The position numbers and the translations under genes are program-made. 64,000 nucleotides of DNA, from NCBI GenBank assembly GCA_049682815.1, contig JBAUII010000078.1, positions 37,763-101,762 of the forward strand, written 5' to 3'. This document shows, in pieces, positions 8,810 through 17,987 of this stretch. Position 1 is the first letter of the stretch, and each line of letters opens with the position of its first letter. Source of the stretch: Thermodesulfobacteriota bacterium (GTDB taxonomy: Bacteria; Desulfobacterota_D; UBA1144; Nemesobacterales; CSP1-2). The notes under the pieces are model-generated. The model ran no database searches, was not told the DNA's origin, and saw nothing but the letters and a program-made list of their open reading frames with translations.

Positions 8810-9157
8810 TTACGCAGTGAGTTGCGGAAGGTCCAAGCACTTCTTTTTACATCTGACTTTGCCGCTATCAAATGCCGAACACTGAGTAACATCATCGTAT
8901 TCTCTGAAAGTGAAGATACTGGGCTCGAATTTCGCTGAAACAACCTTTTTTTTAAAAGGGCAGAAAAAGGTTTTCAGCACTAGTCGCTTCGATATTGAGA
9001 TAGCTTCTGCCCCAAAGTAAACAAGAATGACTATCATGCCCAATAGAGCAATAAGCATTGCACCTACGGCATAAGGAGCCAATAATGCGATAAATATAAC
9101 AGCAGCGATACCTTTCATAATTTGCATCATCTTATTTATTACCTCCCTGGTGTTCAC
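8810..9157 (-). CDS. Hypothetical small membrane protein (2 TM, Cys-containing C-terminal tail)
   Basis: The 115-aa ORF has two hydrophobic helices. Dyad-rich putative operator region upstream. Confidence 0.4.
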   Translation of the reverse strand: MNTREVINKMMQIMKGIAAVIFIALLAPYAVGAMLIALLGMIVILVYFGAEAISISKRLVLKTFFCPFKKKVVSAKFEPSIFTFREYDDVTQCSAFDSGKVRCKKKCLDLPQLTA

Positions 9158-9238
9158 TTAGTTGCAATTTAAATGCCAAATGAAAGCCTAGTTTTTATAA
9201 TAATTTGTGTATGTTACGATACAGGCGCGGCGTCAACC

Positions 9239-9300
9239 TGTCAGATGTCAAATAAACTGACATTAAAGACTGACAAAGCGACGGAAGTACGATGGTACTT
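9239..9300. promoter_or_regulatory. Cluster of dyad repeats: TGTCA-ga-TGTCA-N7-TGACA-N8-TGACA, followed by GAAGTAC-gatg-GTACTTC
   Basis: Read directly. It lies 80-140 nt upstream of the start codon of the 8810-9157 gene (minus strand). Confidence 0.3.
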
Positions 9301-9915
9301 CGAGAAGAAAATTGACGATGCCTGCTTCTAATTTTCCATAAAGCTCTCATCAAGGGTTAGCAGACTTCTGGAGAGTATAAAGCCATTGAGACCCCGCTTA
9401 TTATTGATATAGGACTCGAAGATTTCGAAAACCTTTCCTATGAAAAAAAGGGGCGATCTATATCACCAATCACTCTTTGAATCAGTTGAATAAGTTAGGT
9501 TTATACATTGCAGCCGATTCATATTCAGCTAAGACATTGGGAATACGTTCATATTATATTGGTATGAAATTTGCAATCGTTTTAGTAGTCAAATGATAAT
9601 GAGAGGGAATAATACGGTAAGTGTTATTTTGATCCCAGTTACTTATTGGTGGATTCAGGAAGCGATGGCTGTTCATGGAACCTGGAAACGCTGTGAATCA
9701 CCAGTTCGGGTTTTGCTATTCCTTCTCACTACGCCATCTATGATCGGCTTAATTAGGTCGGGTTCTGGGACGCGAGACGGAAGTTCAATAGAGTATTTGG
9801 GTTCTGCTTTGCAAGTTCTAATGACATCCGATATAATTGATTCGAAATCTATTCTGGGGTCTTTGAGTTTTTAGTAGAAAAAGATTAAATAAAATAGATT
9901 TTACTCGGGTTAATC

Positions 9916-10575
9916 ATGAATCTCCTTTTAGCTCTGACTTTTATATCAATGCTTGGTTCGCTCTATGCTTCATTTATTTACGCGCCGACCGAGAGGATCA
10001 TGGGACCGATCCAAAAAATTTTTTATTTCCATATGGGAACCGTTTGGGTCGCCACAATTTCATTTGTAATCGTGTTTGTTGCAAGTATACAGTATCTGAG
10101 AAAAGAAAGTCGCAACTGGGATATTCTGGCCTACTCTTCTGCTGAAATAGGGGTGGTTTTTATCACGCTTACGATAGTATCGGGTAGTATTTGGGCAAAA
10201 CCAATCTGGGGGACCTGGTGGACTTGGGATCCGCAACTCACTACTACGTTTATTCTCTGGATTCTCTACATTGTTTATATGATAGTGCGTTCATCTGCGG
10301 GTAATGATATTAGGAAGGCAAAATTTGCCGCTGTTTTCGGGATTATCGCGTTTTTAGACTTGCCGCTTGTTTACATTTCGGCGAGAGTTATGCGTGGAAT
10401 CTCCCCGGTTGTGTTTGGATCCCGTGGGGGTGGTATTGCGCCGGAGATGATGGTAGCATTGCTCGTTACACTAGTAGCTTTTACTTTTTTGTTCATCTTG
10501 ATACTTAAGCATAGAGTAGAACTAGAAATCATGAAAGATAATATCCTTAGGATTAGATTAATGGAGGCAAAGTAA
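9916..10575 (+). CDS. ccmC: Heme exporter protein CcmC (System I cytochrome c maturation)
   Basis: Six TM helices. The tryptophan-rich WWD-type motif WGTWWTWDPQLT is present. Confidence 0.85.
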   Translation: MNLLLALTFISMLGSLYASFIYAPTERIMGPIQKIFYFHMGTVWVATISFVIVFVASIQYLRKESRNWDILAYSSAEIGVVFITLTIVSGSIWAKPIWGTWWTWDPQLTTTFILWILYIVYMIVRSSAGNDIRKAKFAAVFGIIAFLDLPLVYISARVMRGISPVVFGSRGGGIAPEMMVALLVTLVAFTFLFILILKHRVELEIMKDNILRIRLMEAK

Positions 10576-10581
10576 AAGCAG

Positions 10582-10725
10582 ATGTCTTATCTTTTCTGGT
10601 CGCAAGTAATTTTTTGGATTGTACTTTTGCTATATGTTTATTATCTTATTAGAAAAAACCATAACTTGAAAATTCAGTTAGAGTCTATCGAGTCTTCTCT
10701 GAATTCGAATGAAGGAAGTCGGTAG
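10582..10725 (+). CDS. ccmD: Probable CcmD (small single-TM heme-exporter subunit)
   Basis: A 47-aa ORF (MSYLFWSQVIFWIVLLLYVYYLIRKN...) sits between ccmC and ccmE. It has a single hydrophobic helix followed by basic residues. It is below the ORF-track size cutoff. Confidence 0.45.
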   Translation: MSYLFWSQVIFWIVLLLYVYYLIRKNHNLKIQLESIESSLNSNEGSR

Positions 10726-10752
10726 CTTATTTATTGCAGTGAGGACGGTTAA

Positions 10753-11169
10753 TTGATGCTAAAAGGAAAGACAAAATTCATAGTAGCAATCACTGTGATC
10801 GCAGTTGCTATAGCATACCTTGTTTACGGTGGCGTCAATGATACGATGATCTACTATCTTACCGTTCAGGAATTGAAGGACAAGGTACCTTCAGTGTATA
10901 AGCAAAAAGTAAGGGTCTCGGGAAAGGTTGTTCCCGGATCGATAAGGAATGAGATTGATGGAAGTCTAGAGTTTACGATTGCGGACGGGGAAGAAACATT
11001 GGATGTAAAGTATAAGGGAATAGTTCCGGATATATTTAAGGACGACGTCGAAGCGGTCGTTGAGGGTCTATATACACCGGATAACGTATTTGTGGCTAGT
11101 TTGTTGTTGGCCAAATGTCCCACCAAGTACGAATCCACAGATTCTTTAAAAAGGTCTGAAAATATATAA
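10753..11169 (+). CDS. ccmE: Heme chaperone CcmE, variant type with CxxxY (LAKCPTKY) in place of the canonical HxxxY heme-binding motif
   Basis: N-terminal TM followed by an OB-fold domain (VRVSGKVVPGSI...). The C-terminal motif has Cys where His130 normally occurs. Confidence 0.8.
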   Translation: MMLKGKTKFIVAITVIAVAIAYLVYGGVNDTMIYYLTVQELKDKVPSVYKQKVRVSGKVVPGSIRNEIDGSLEFTIADGEETLDVKYKGIVPDIFKDDVEAVVEGLYTPDNVFVASLLLAKCPTKYESTDSLKRSENI

Positions 11170-11170
11170 A

Positions 11171-13171
11171 ATGGTCGAAACTGGAAGTATTTCTATATTT
11201 TTAGCTTTTATACTCTCCGTCTACGTGATATTTGCTTCGGTCGTTGGTGCGAAAACCAGAAGGAATGATTTAATCAAAAGTGCCGAGAACGGTTCACTTG
11301 CAGTCTGCTTTCTTCTAATCATAGCAGCCGTCTCGTTGATACATGCTCTCCTGAATCTAGATTTCAGCCTTAAATATGTCGCCTTAAACGCCAGCAGCGA
11401 TCTCTCTACTATTTACAGGATAACAGCATTGTGGGCGGGCCAGGCTGGATCCCTGCTTCTTTGGTGCCTAATACTCTCAGTATATACATCCCTTGTAGTA
11501 ATTCAGAACAGGAGACGAGGCAGATTCACACCATTTGTTATCGCAACACTCGCTGCTGTTTCGACCTTCTTTGTATTTCTTATAGCCTTTGTCGAGAGTC
11601 CTTTTGAAAAGCTACCTTTCGTCGCCGAGGAGGGAAGGGGGCTAAACCCGATTCTGCAGAATGGCTACATGGCGATTCATCCTCTCACCTTATACCTCGG
11701 TTATGTCGGAGTCACAGTACCCTTTGCATTTGGGATGGGTGCTCTTCTGAGCGGCAAGTTGGATGACGAGTGGATAAGACAATGCAGAAAATGGGCATTG
11801 CTTGCATGGACATTCTTAAGCCTTGGTTTGTTGTTGGGTGCAAGGTGGGCCTACTTGGAACTCGGTTGGGGTGGCTATTGGGCATGGGATCCCGTGGAGA
11901 ATGCCGCATTTATGCCATGGCTTGCCGGAACAGCGTTTGTTCACTCGGTAATGATTCAAGAAAAAAGGGGAATGCTGAAGAAGTGGAATTTATCGCTGAT
12001 AATACTCACCTTTTTCCTGGCAATATTTGGCACCTTTGTTACCAGAAGCGGGATAATTTCCTCGGTTCATTCGTTTGCCCAGTCAGACATTGGCCCCTAT
12101 TTTCTGGGTTTTATAGGTTTCATACTTATTTTCTCATTTGCAATGTTCACTCTTAGATTAGATGATCTTAAAAGCGATAATCATTTCGACTCTATTCTAT
12201 CAAGAGAGAGCGCTTTCATATTTAACAACCTTCTTTTTCTGGGTGCCGCTTTTACCGTTTTCCTGGGAACAATATTCCCGATAATATCCGAACTAATTAC
12301 GCGGAACAAGATTCTTGTTGGTCCCCCCTATTTTAATAAAGTGAATGTTCCGATCGGTTTAGTATTGATACTTCTGATGGGAATCGGTCCGTTAATTTCC
12401 TGGAGAAAGGCCTCAAAGGATAATTTAGTCAGGAATTTCACGTTTCCAGTAGCAATCGGAGTTCTGACATCTGTAATCTTATTCGTTTTCGGAATCAGAC
12501 ACATTTATGCTCTTATTTCTTTCGGCCTGTGCGCGTATGTAACTGCAACCGTGTTTGTCGAATACTACAGAGGGATAAGAGTCCGAGTTAGAAGAGGGGA
12601 AAATTATTTGCGAGCCTTCGGGAGACTCGTATCCAAAAACCGTAGGAGATACGGTGGCTACATAGTCCATCTCGGAGTTGTTTTGGTAGTGATCGGTATA
12701 ACTGGCTCATCTGTTTTTGTTAAGCAAAAAGAGGCAACACTGAAACCAGGGGAATCCATGAGCGTTGGTGATTTTACTTTGAGCTTCGGTGATCTCAACC
12801 AGTATACGACAGATGCGAAACATGTGACAGCCGCTAGCCTCTCAGTATATAATGGCGAAAGAAAGATCGGAGCAATCGTTCCTGAAAAGAATGTGTATAT
12901 TTACTCCGGAAATCGTGAGATCAATCAAGAAACTGAGGTTGCGATTCTCTCTTCATTTACACATGACCTCTATGTAATACTTTCAAGTTTTCAAGATGGT
13001 AGCGCTAGCTTCAGGGTTTTAATAAATCCAATGGTATCGTGGATCTGGGCCGGCGGCGTGGTTCTACTTTTGGGGGCAATCGTTACTATGTGGCCTACTC
13101 CCAGCAAAAAGGAACAGGAAGTACTTGTCAGATATAGTATAGGATCAAAGGACAGGACGGCAGAAGTTTAG
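11171..13171 (+). CDS. ccmF: Cytochrome c-type biogenesis protein CcmF (heme lyase component)
   Basis: 666 aa and polytopic. WWD-type motif LGWGGYWAWDPVEN. The start codon follows the ccmE stop by 1 nt. Confidence 0.85.
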   Translation: MVETGSISIFLAFILSVYVIFASVVGAKTRRNDLIKSAENGSLAVCFLLIIAAVSLIHALLNLDFSLKYVALNASSDLSTIYRITALWAGQAGSLLLWCLILSVYTSLVVIQNRRRGRFTPFVIATLAAVSTFFVFLIAFVESPFEKLPFVAEEGRGLNPILQNGYMAIHPLTLYLGYVGVTVPFAFGMGALLSGKLDDEWIRQCRKWALLAWTFLSLGLLLGARWAYLELGWGGYWAWDPVENAAFMPWLAGTAFVHSVMIQEKRGMLKKWNLSLIILTFFLAIFGTFVTRSGIISSVHSFAQSDIGPYFLGFIGFILIFSFAMFTLRLDDLKSDNHFDSILSRESAFIFNNLLFLGAAFTVFLGTIFPIISELITRNKILVGPPYFNKVNVPIGLVLILLMGIGPLISWRKASKDNLVRNFTFPVAIGVLTSVILFVFGIRHIYALISFGLCAYVTATVFVEYYRGIRVRVRRGENYLRAFGRLVSKNRRRYGGYIVHLGVVLVVIGITGSSVFVKQKEATLKPGESMSVGDFTLSFGDLNQYTTDAKHVTAASLSVYNGERKIGAIVPEKNVYIYSGNREINQETEVAILSSFTHDLYVILSSFQDGSASFRVLINPMVSWIWAGGVVLLLGAIVTMWPTPSKKEQEVLVRYSIGSKDRTAEV

Positions 13172-13236
13172 AAATTTCCTCTCTTTGCCATTTTAATCCT
13201 TTTATTGAATAGTTCCAGAAAGCTAGGAATGTCAAA

Positions 13237-13764
13237 TTGGAAATAATTATCTTATTGGCGATTGTGATTCTTACGGCAGTCTTTATAACGTTACCTTTCT
13301 TCAGAAAAAATACCGAAGTAGAAAACCCCATTGAGCAGAAATCTAATCCTATTGAAAACCCTGCTTTAATAGAGTTGAAAAAGCTTACCTCTGAAAAGGA
13401 ATTACTATACACGGCGTTGAATGATATAGAATTTGATTACGGACTCGGAAAACTATCGAGAGAAGATTATGATGAGCTTAAACGAGAATACCAAGCAAAA
13501 GCTGTGTCCGTACTGAAAGAGATAGACGAAATTAGTAAAGGTCTACATTCTACAGAGTTAGAAGATGAATTAGAAAAAGAGATAACGGCGATAAGGAAGT
13601 CAAAATCACACGATGAAAATGAAATCGAAGATGAAATTTTGAAAGCCCGAAAACAGCACAACGATAAAAATAGATATCTAACATGTATTAATTGTGGGAG
13701 GCAATACAGCGCAGGGGATCTTTTTTGTTCAAGGTGCGGTATCGGCCTAAAAGATGTCAGCTAA
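13237..13764 (+). CDS. Membrane-anchored coiled-coil protein with C-terminal zinc ribbon (CINCG...CSRCG), function unknown
   Basis: N-terminal TM helix, charged coiled-coil region, and CxxC-N12-CxxC at the C-terminus. It is co-oriented with ccmF and overlaps the next gene by 11 nt. Confidence 0.5.
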   Translation: MEIIILLAIVILTAVFITLPFFRKNTEVENPIEQKSNPIENPALIELKKLTSEKELLYTALNDIEFDYGLGKLSREDYDELKREYQAKAVSVLKEIDEISKGLHSTELEDELEKEITAIRKSKSHDENEIEDEILKARKQHNDKNRYLTCINCGRQYSAGDLFCSRCGIGLKDVS

Positions 13765-15241
13765 GGTACTTAATTTCGAAGGAATAAATAATTTGTTTGT
13801 TATCTCGACGATAGCATTTTTGCTTCTTTCGTCTACGGTCTTTTTCGGAGTAGATATCTTTGCTCAGGTGGATGCCGAGAAGGCGGATCTTGGAAAGGAT
13901 CTATTTATCCAAAATCGATGCGTTAATTGTCATACAATTGGCAGGGGTAGATTTGTAGGCCCGGACCTGGCAGGGATCAGCAGCAGATACAGTAAAGATG
14001 AAATCAAGCAATGGATAGAGAATCCTCAACAGGTGTACCAGGCCAAGGGTAAAATGCCCATAAACGAGGGCTATCCTCCGATGCCTCCGCTACAGGTTCC
14101 GCAAGCTCATATTGACGTCATTGCAGACTATCTTTTTACTAAAAAACCCGTTCAATCTACAAAAGATTATGGTGATATTAAGGGTAGTGTCACGAACAAG
14201 ACTGGTGACGAGCCACCCGTTGGAATCGAAGTTGCCCTGCGTGAAATGTTAGGAGATCGTGTTACGGATGAAAAAACACTTATGACAGACAAAAATGGAG
14301 CTTTTGAATTTAGAGATTTACCCTGGAACCGTAGCTATACGATTACCCTAAATTATAGGGGCACCGAATATGTAACGGATAAGTTGGTTTTTTACCCGGA
14401 TGAGGATACGAAGACTATTGAGCTACCCGTATATGAACCAACCGAAAGTGACAGTGAGATAATAATAAAACAAGCTCATATGATCTTACAGGTCTCTACG
14501 GACTCGATTTCGGTCGCAGAATTATTGATGTTTGAAAACAGAGATAAAAAGATATACGTCGGTTCTGACGTGGTTGATGGGAAAAGGGAGACCTTAAAGT
14601 TTCGTCTACCCAGTGATGCCAGCAATATTCAGTTCATTCATGGCATTACAAGTGAAAACGTTGTTCAAACCGAATCTGGATTTTCGGATACGTCTCCGGT
14701 CTGGCCGGGTGCTAGAAGGGTGGTTTACACCTATACAATTCCATTTAAATCCGGGAACAATGTGATCGAAGACAGGGTGAATTATCCCACTGATAGTTTC
14801 CTGCTTCTTATTTCCGATTCGGCTGAGAAAGTGACTGTGGAGGGCCTTAGTGGAGGGGATGTCGTAGATATTCAAAATGAAAAGTTTGTTCAGTGGACTG
14901 GCAGCAATCTAAAACCTGGCTCTTCAATAGTGGTAACTATAAATAAATCGTTTGATCGTGAATCGATCGCTAAGTGGGCTGCATTTTGCGTGGTTTTACT
15001 TGTTGTTGGGGGTGGAATCCTATACGCATTTGTTTTCAAAGGAAAGGGGTTTGATAGAAATGAAAGCAAGAAAACTTTGAGTGATATTGAAAAGGAAAGG
15101 GCTATGTTGATACAGGACATTGCGGAGCTCGACGATAGATTTGAGAGTGGAGGGTTGGATGAGGAAATATATAGAAGGGCGCGTGCGGAGAAAAAAGGGA
15201 GATTAATTAAACTGGTTCAGCGAATAGCTGAACTAAGTTAA
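13754..15241 (+). CDS. Membrane-anchored monoheme cytochrome c domain protein with a beta-sandwich (carboxypeptidase-regulatory-like) domain, a second TM helix and a C-terminal coiled coil
   Basis: N-terminal signal/anchor, then a class-I cytochrome c fold (CVNCH ... KMP), then GSVTNKTGDEPP...NGAFEF. A second TM (WAAFCVVLLVVGGGILYAFVF) and a charged coiled-coil tail follow. Confidence 0.6.
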   Translation: MSAKVLNFEGINNLFVISTIAFLLLSSTVFFGVDIFAQVDAEKADLGKDLFIQNRCVNCHTIGRGRFVGPDLAGISSRYSKDEIKQWIENPQQVYQAKGKMPINEGYPPMPPLQVPQAHIDVIADYLFTKKPVQSTKDYGDIKGSVTNKTGDEPPVGIEVALREMLGDRVTDEKTLMTDKNGAFEFRDLPWNRSYTITLNYRGTEYVTDKLVFYPDEDTKTIELPVYEPTESDSEIIIKQAHMILQVSTDSISVAELLMFENRDKKIYVGSDVVDGKRETLKFRLPSDASNIQFIHGITSENVVQTESGFSDTSPVWPGARRVVYTYTIPFKSGNNVIEDRVNYPTDSFLLLISDSAEKVTVEGLSGGDVVDIQNEKFVQWTGSNLKPGSSIVVTINKSFDRESIAKWAAFCVVLLVVGGGILYAFVFKGKGFDRNESKKTLSDIEKERAMLIQDIAELDDRFESGGLDEEIYRRARAEKKGRLIKLVQRIAELS

Positions 15242-15284
15242 ATCTTATGGAATTCGAGACTTCCTGCGGGAGGGGCTTCGCTAG

Positions 15285-16007
15285 TTAAATACCCCCCAGA
15301 ATATGTTGGATTAAAGCGACCGCGACAATCGCAGCCGTTTCCGTCCTGAGCGTCCTGGGGCCTAGTCCAACAGGTGTAAATCCCCACTCCATGGCTAGGT
15401 TTATCTCAAATTCCGAAAAACCCCCTTCTGGACCTATAAATATTATAACAGTTGTCGGTAGTTGTGATACAGTCTTAATATAATCACTTAACTTAGTTCT
15501 AGAATTCTCATAGAATATAAGTCTCAAGCCACTACTATGACTGTAGATTTCAGTATCTTTAAACCTGATGACATCTTGAATATTAGGAATCGTCACGCTA
15601 CGACATTGTTTTGATGCTTCTATTGCAATTCTCTGCCATCTCAAAGCCTTATTCGTTTCTCTCACTTGGGATCTCTCAGTTACGACTGGTACTATATAAT
15701 TAACTCCTAGCTCCGTTGCCTTCCCAATGATAAAGTCCATCTTGCTTCCTTTTGGTATGCCCTGTAGGAGAGTAATTTTGGTGTCGGATTCGATATTAAC
15801 CTTGGTGGAGGTGAGTATCTCCACTCTTATCTCCGTCTTATTGATCTCACTTATCTTGCCGACATGTTCAAAGGAGGTTTCATCGAAGAGCACTACTTCG
15901 TGGCCTGGTTTTAATCTTAGCACCTTAACAATATGCCTGTAATCAGACCCCGTAATGATCGCCTCCTGATTGGATATACTCTTATTGCTGATGGGGAATC
16001 TTGCCAC
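15285..16007 (-). CDS. rsmE: 16S rRNA (uracil1498-N3)-methyltransferase RsmE
   Basis: N-terminal PUA-like domain. The C-terminal SPOUT domain has GPEGGFS..E and LGPRTLRTETA motifs. Confidence 0.8.
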   Translation of the reverse strand: MARFPISNKSISNQEAIITGSDYRHIVKVLRLKPGHEVVLFDETSFEHVGKISEINKTEIRVEILTSTKVNIESDTKITLLQGIPKGSKMDFIIGKATELGVNYIVPVVTERSQVRETNKALRWQRIAIEASKQCRSVTIPNIQDVIRFKDTEIYSHSSGLRLIFYENSRTKLSDYIKTVSQLPTTVIIFIGPEGGFSEFEINLAMEWGFTPVGLGPRTLRTETAAIVAVALIQHILGGI

Positions 16008-16015
16008 TTTAATTT

Positions 16016-17545
16016 TTACTTTGTTTGTCCGGCGGTGAAATAAGATGCAATTTCCTTTGTAAGTCCTTGAACCGTGTATGTTCCTGAAATAATCTCAGGT
16101 TCGATTCCAAAACTTCTTATCGTCTCGGCTGTTATTGGTCCAATACATGCAATCGTCGATCGCGAGATGATTTTTTTATCCCTTCCAATCATCGCGAAGA
16201 AGTTTTTAACGGTCGATGAACTTGTAAATGTAATAACATCTATGTAACCGTTCCGGAGCAACTTTCTAACCTTATCGATTTTCAATTTTCCCGGCATCTT
16301 GGTTTCGTAGACGGGAAATACATCGACACGGGCGCCCATTTTTCTGAGTTTCATTGGAAGTATTTTTCTCGCTATCTTTGCCCTGGGTATAAGAACCCGA
16401 CTTCCCTTAACATTGATTTTCTCGAAAAGCTTTATTAAACCTTCAGCCCTGAACTCTTCAGGAATCAAATCCACCTTAATACCCATCTTGTTTATCTCAT
16501 TTTTTGTTTGTTCTCCAATGGCTGCGATCCTTATACCCTTGAGGTCCCTTACATCGCTTTGCTTTTGCCTGAGCCTTTGGAAAAAGAAGGTTACCCCGTT
16601 TACACTCGTAAAAATAAGCCAATTGTAGCGGTCTAAATTCTCAATCGCCTTATCGAATCTGTTCCAAGTCCTGAGAGGTGCCACGTCGATAGTGGGAAAC
16701 TTAATTACCTGTGCTCCTTCCTCTTCTAGGAGTTCGGCAAATATTCTTGCCTGGTTTTTGGCCCTAGTCACCAGAACCGTTTTACCGAAGAGGGGCTTTG
16801 ATTCAAACCAATTTATCTTATCTCTTAAATTAACCACGTCGCCGACCGCGATGATCGACGGGGAAGATATTTTCTTTTCTTTTGATAAGCTAACGATATT
16901 CCCTATAGTTCCCGTGAGCGTTGATTGATTTGGGAGAGTGCCCCAAGTTATAATGGCCACCGGGGTCTCAGGTGACTTCCCCATCTCGATTAGCTTTTTC
17001 ATATTCTGTTCCAGTTTTTCAACTCCCATGAGGAATACCAGTGTTCCTATCTTAGCCAGGGCTTCCCACGGCAGCGAAGTTTTTACCTTTTTTGGGTCTT
17101 CATGGCCTGTAACTACTGCAAACGATGACGAATAATCCCTGTGTGTAAGCGGTATCCCGGCATACGACGTCACCCCTATGGGAGATGATACACCCGGAAT
17201 TACATCAAACCGAATACCGTGCTCTGCCAGTTCAACCGCTTCCTCGCCCCCCCTTCCAAATATAAATGGGTCTCCCCCTTTGAGCCTTGCAACGATTTTC
17301 CCCCCCAGTGCTTTCTTGGTGATTAGCGTGTTGATTTCCTTTTGCGGCATCTCCTTATGGCCTCTTTTTTTCCCAACATATATAATTTCCGCTCCTTCTT
17401 TAGCAAATATAAGCAGTTCTGGGTTTACGAGGTGGTCATATACTATTACTTCCGCCCGCGCCAAGAATTTCTTTCCCTTTAGCGTAAGTAGTTCCGGATC
17501 TCCCGGACCAGCACCAATGAGATGCACTATTCCCTTTTTCATCAT
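16016..17545 (-). CDS. Bifunctional uroporphyrinogen-III C-methyltransferase / uroporphyrinogen-III synthase (CobA-HemD fusion)
   Basis: The N-terminus has the GAGPGDPELLT... SAM-methyltransferase motif. The C-terminal half is HemD-like. Confidence 0.85.
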   Translation of the reverse strand: MMKKGIVHLIGAGPGDPELLTLKGKKFLARAEVIVYDHLVNPELLIFAKEGAEIIYVGKKRGHKEMPQKEINTLITKKALGGKIVARLKGGDPFIFGRGGEEAVELAEHGIRFDVIPGVSSPIGVTSYAGIPLTHRDYSSSFAVVTGHEDPKKVKTSLPWEALAKIGTLVFLMGVEKLEQNMKKLIEMGKSPETPVAIITWGTLPNQSTLTGTIGNIVSLSKEKKISSPSIIAVGDVVNLRDKINWFESKPLFGKTVLVTRAKNQARIFAELLEEEGAQVIKFPTIDVAPLRTWNRFDKAIENLDRYNWLIFTSVNGVTFFFQRLRQKQSDVRDLKGIRIAAIGEQTKNEINKMGIKVDLIPEEFRAEGLIKLFEKINVKGSRVLIPRAKIARKILPMKLRKMGARVDVFPVYETKMPGKLKIDKVRKLLRNGYIDVITFTSSSTVKNFFAMIGRDKKIISRSTIACIGPITAETIRSFGIEPEIISGTYTVQGLTKEIASYFTAGQTK

Positions 17546-17987
17546 TGATTAACTAATAGAAATCCGAAGGAATCGTTGCTTGTCAAGGACATTTTCGTCG
17601 AGAAGCTTCTTGGAATCGAATGATTGTCGGTTGATCTTTATTCCCCTACGGGATCGTCATTCACTGGTAATTTTTGATGGGTACCCTTGACCCACCAATT
17701 TTGCGCATTTACCCAGCTTGGCACAAGTGATCGTACGATTCTTCAAGGTCGGGTCAAGATAATGAAAGCTTTCAATGCCAACAGGGATGTTCTACCAACC
17801 TCGGATTAAATCCTTTTCCACTCTCGGTATCAATATAGCGGCCTCAAGCAAATGATATCAGAAAAAGTAGCCTGGCACTTGTCTCTTTTCATTTTCGGTC
17901 GCTTCCAATCATAAGAGTAAATTTATAATAACAATTCTTTTTTAGAAGATTGACAGTCCGAGCAATTATTAAGGTTTCTTAACTAAA

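Noticed and set aside
9593-9874. 93-aa plus-strand ORF, and an antisense roughly 60-aa start-less ORF (..DFESIISDVIRTCKAEPKYSIELPSRVPEPDLIKPIIDGVVRR..)
   Set aside because: No RBS, no recognisable domain, low-complexity composition. The antisense frame lacks any start codon and may be a gene remnant, but there is not enough evidence to call a pseudogene.
17553-17987. Cobalamin riboswitch upstream of the cobA-hemD fusion
   Set aside because: No B12-box-like sequence (complement of AGYCMGGAGACCKGCC) was seen on the relevant strand. Only a generic 8-bp long-range complementarity (CTTGACCC/GGGTCAAG) is present.
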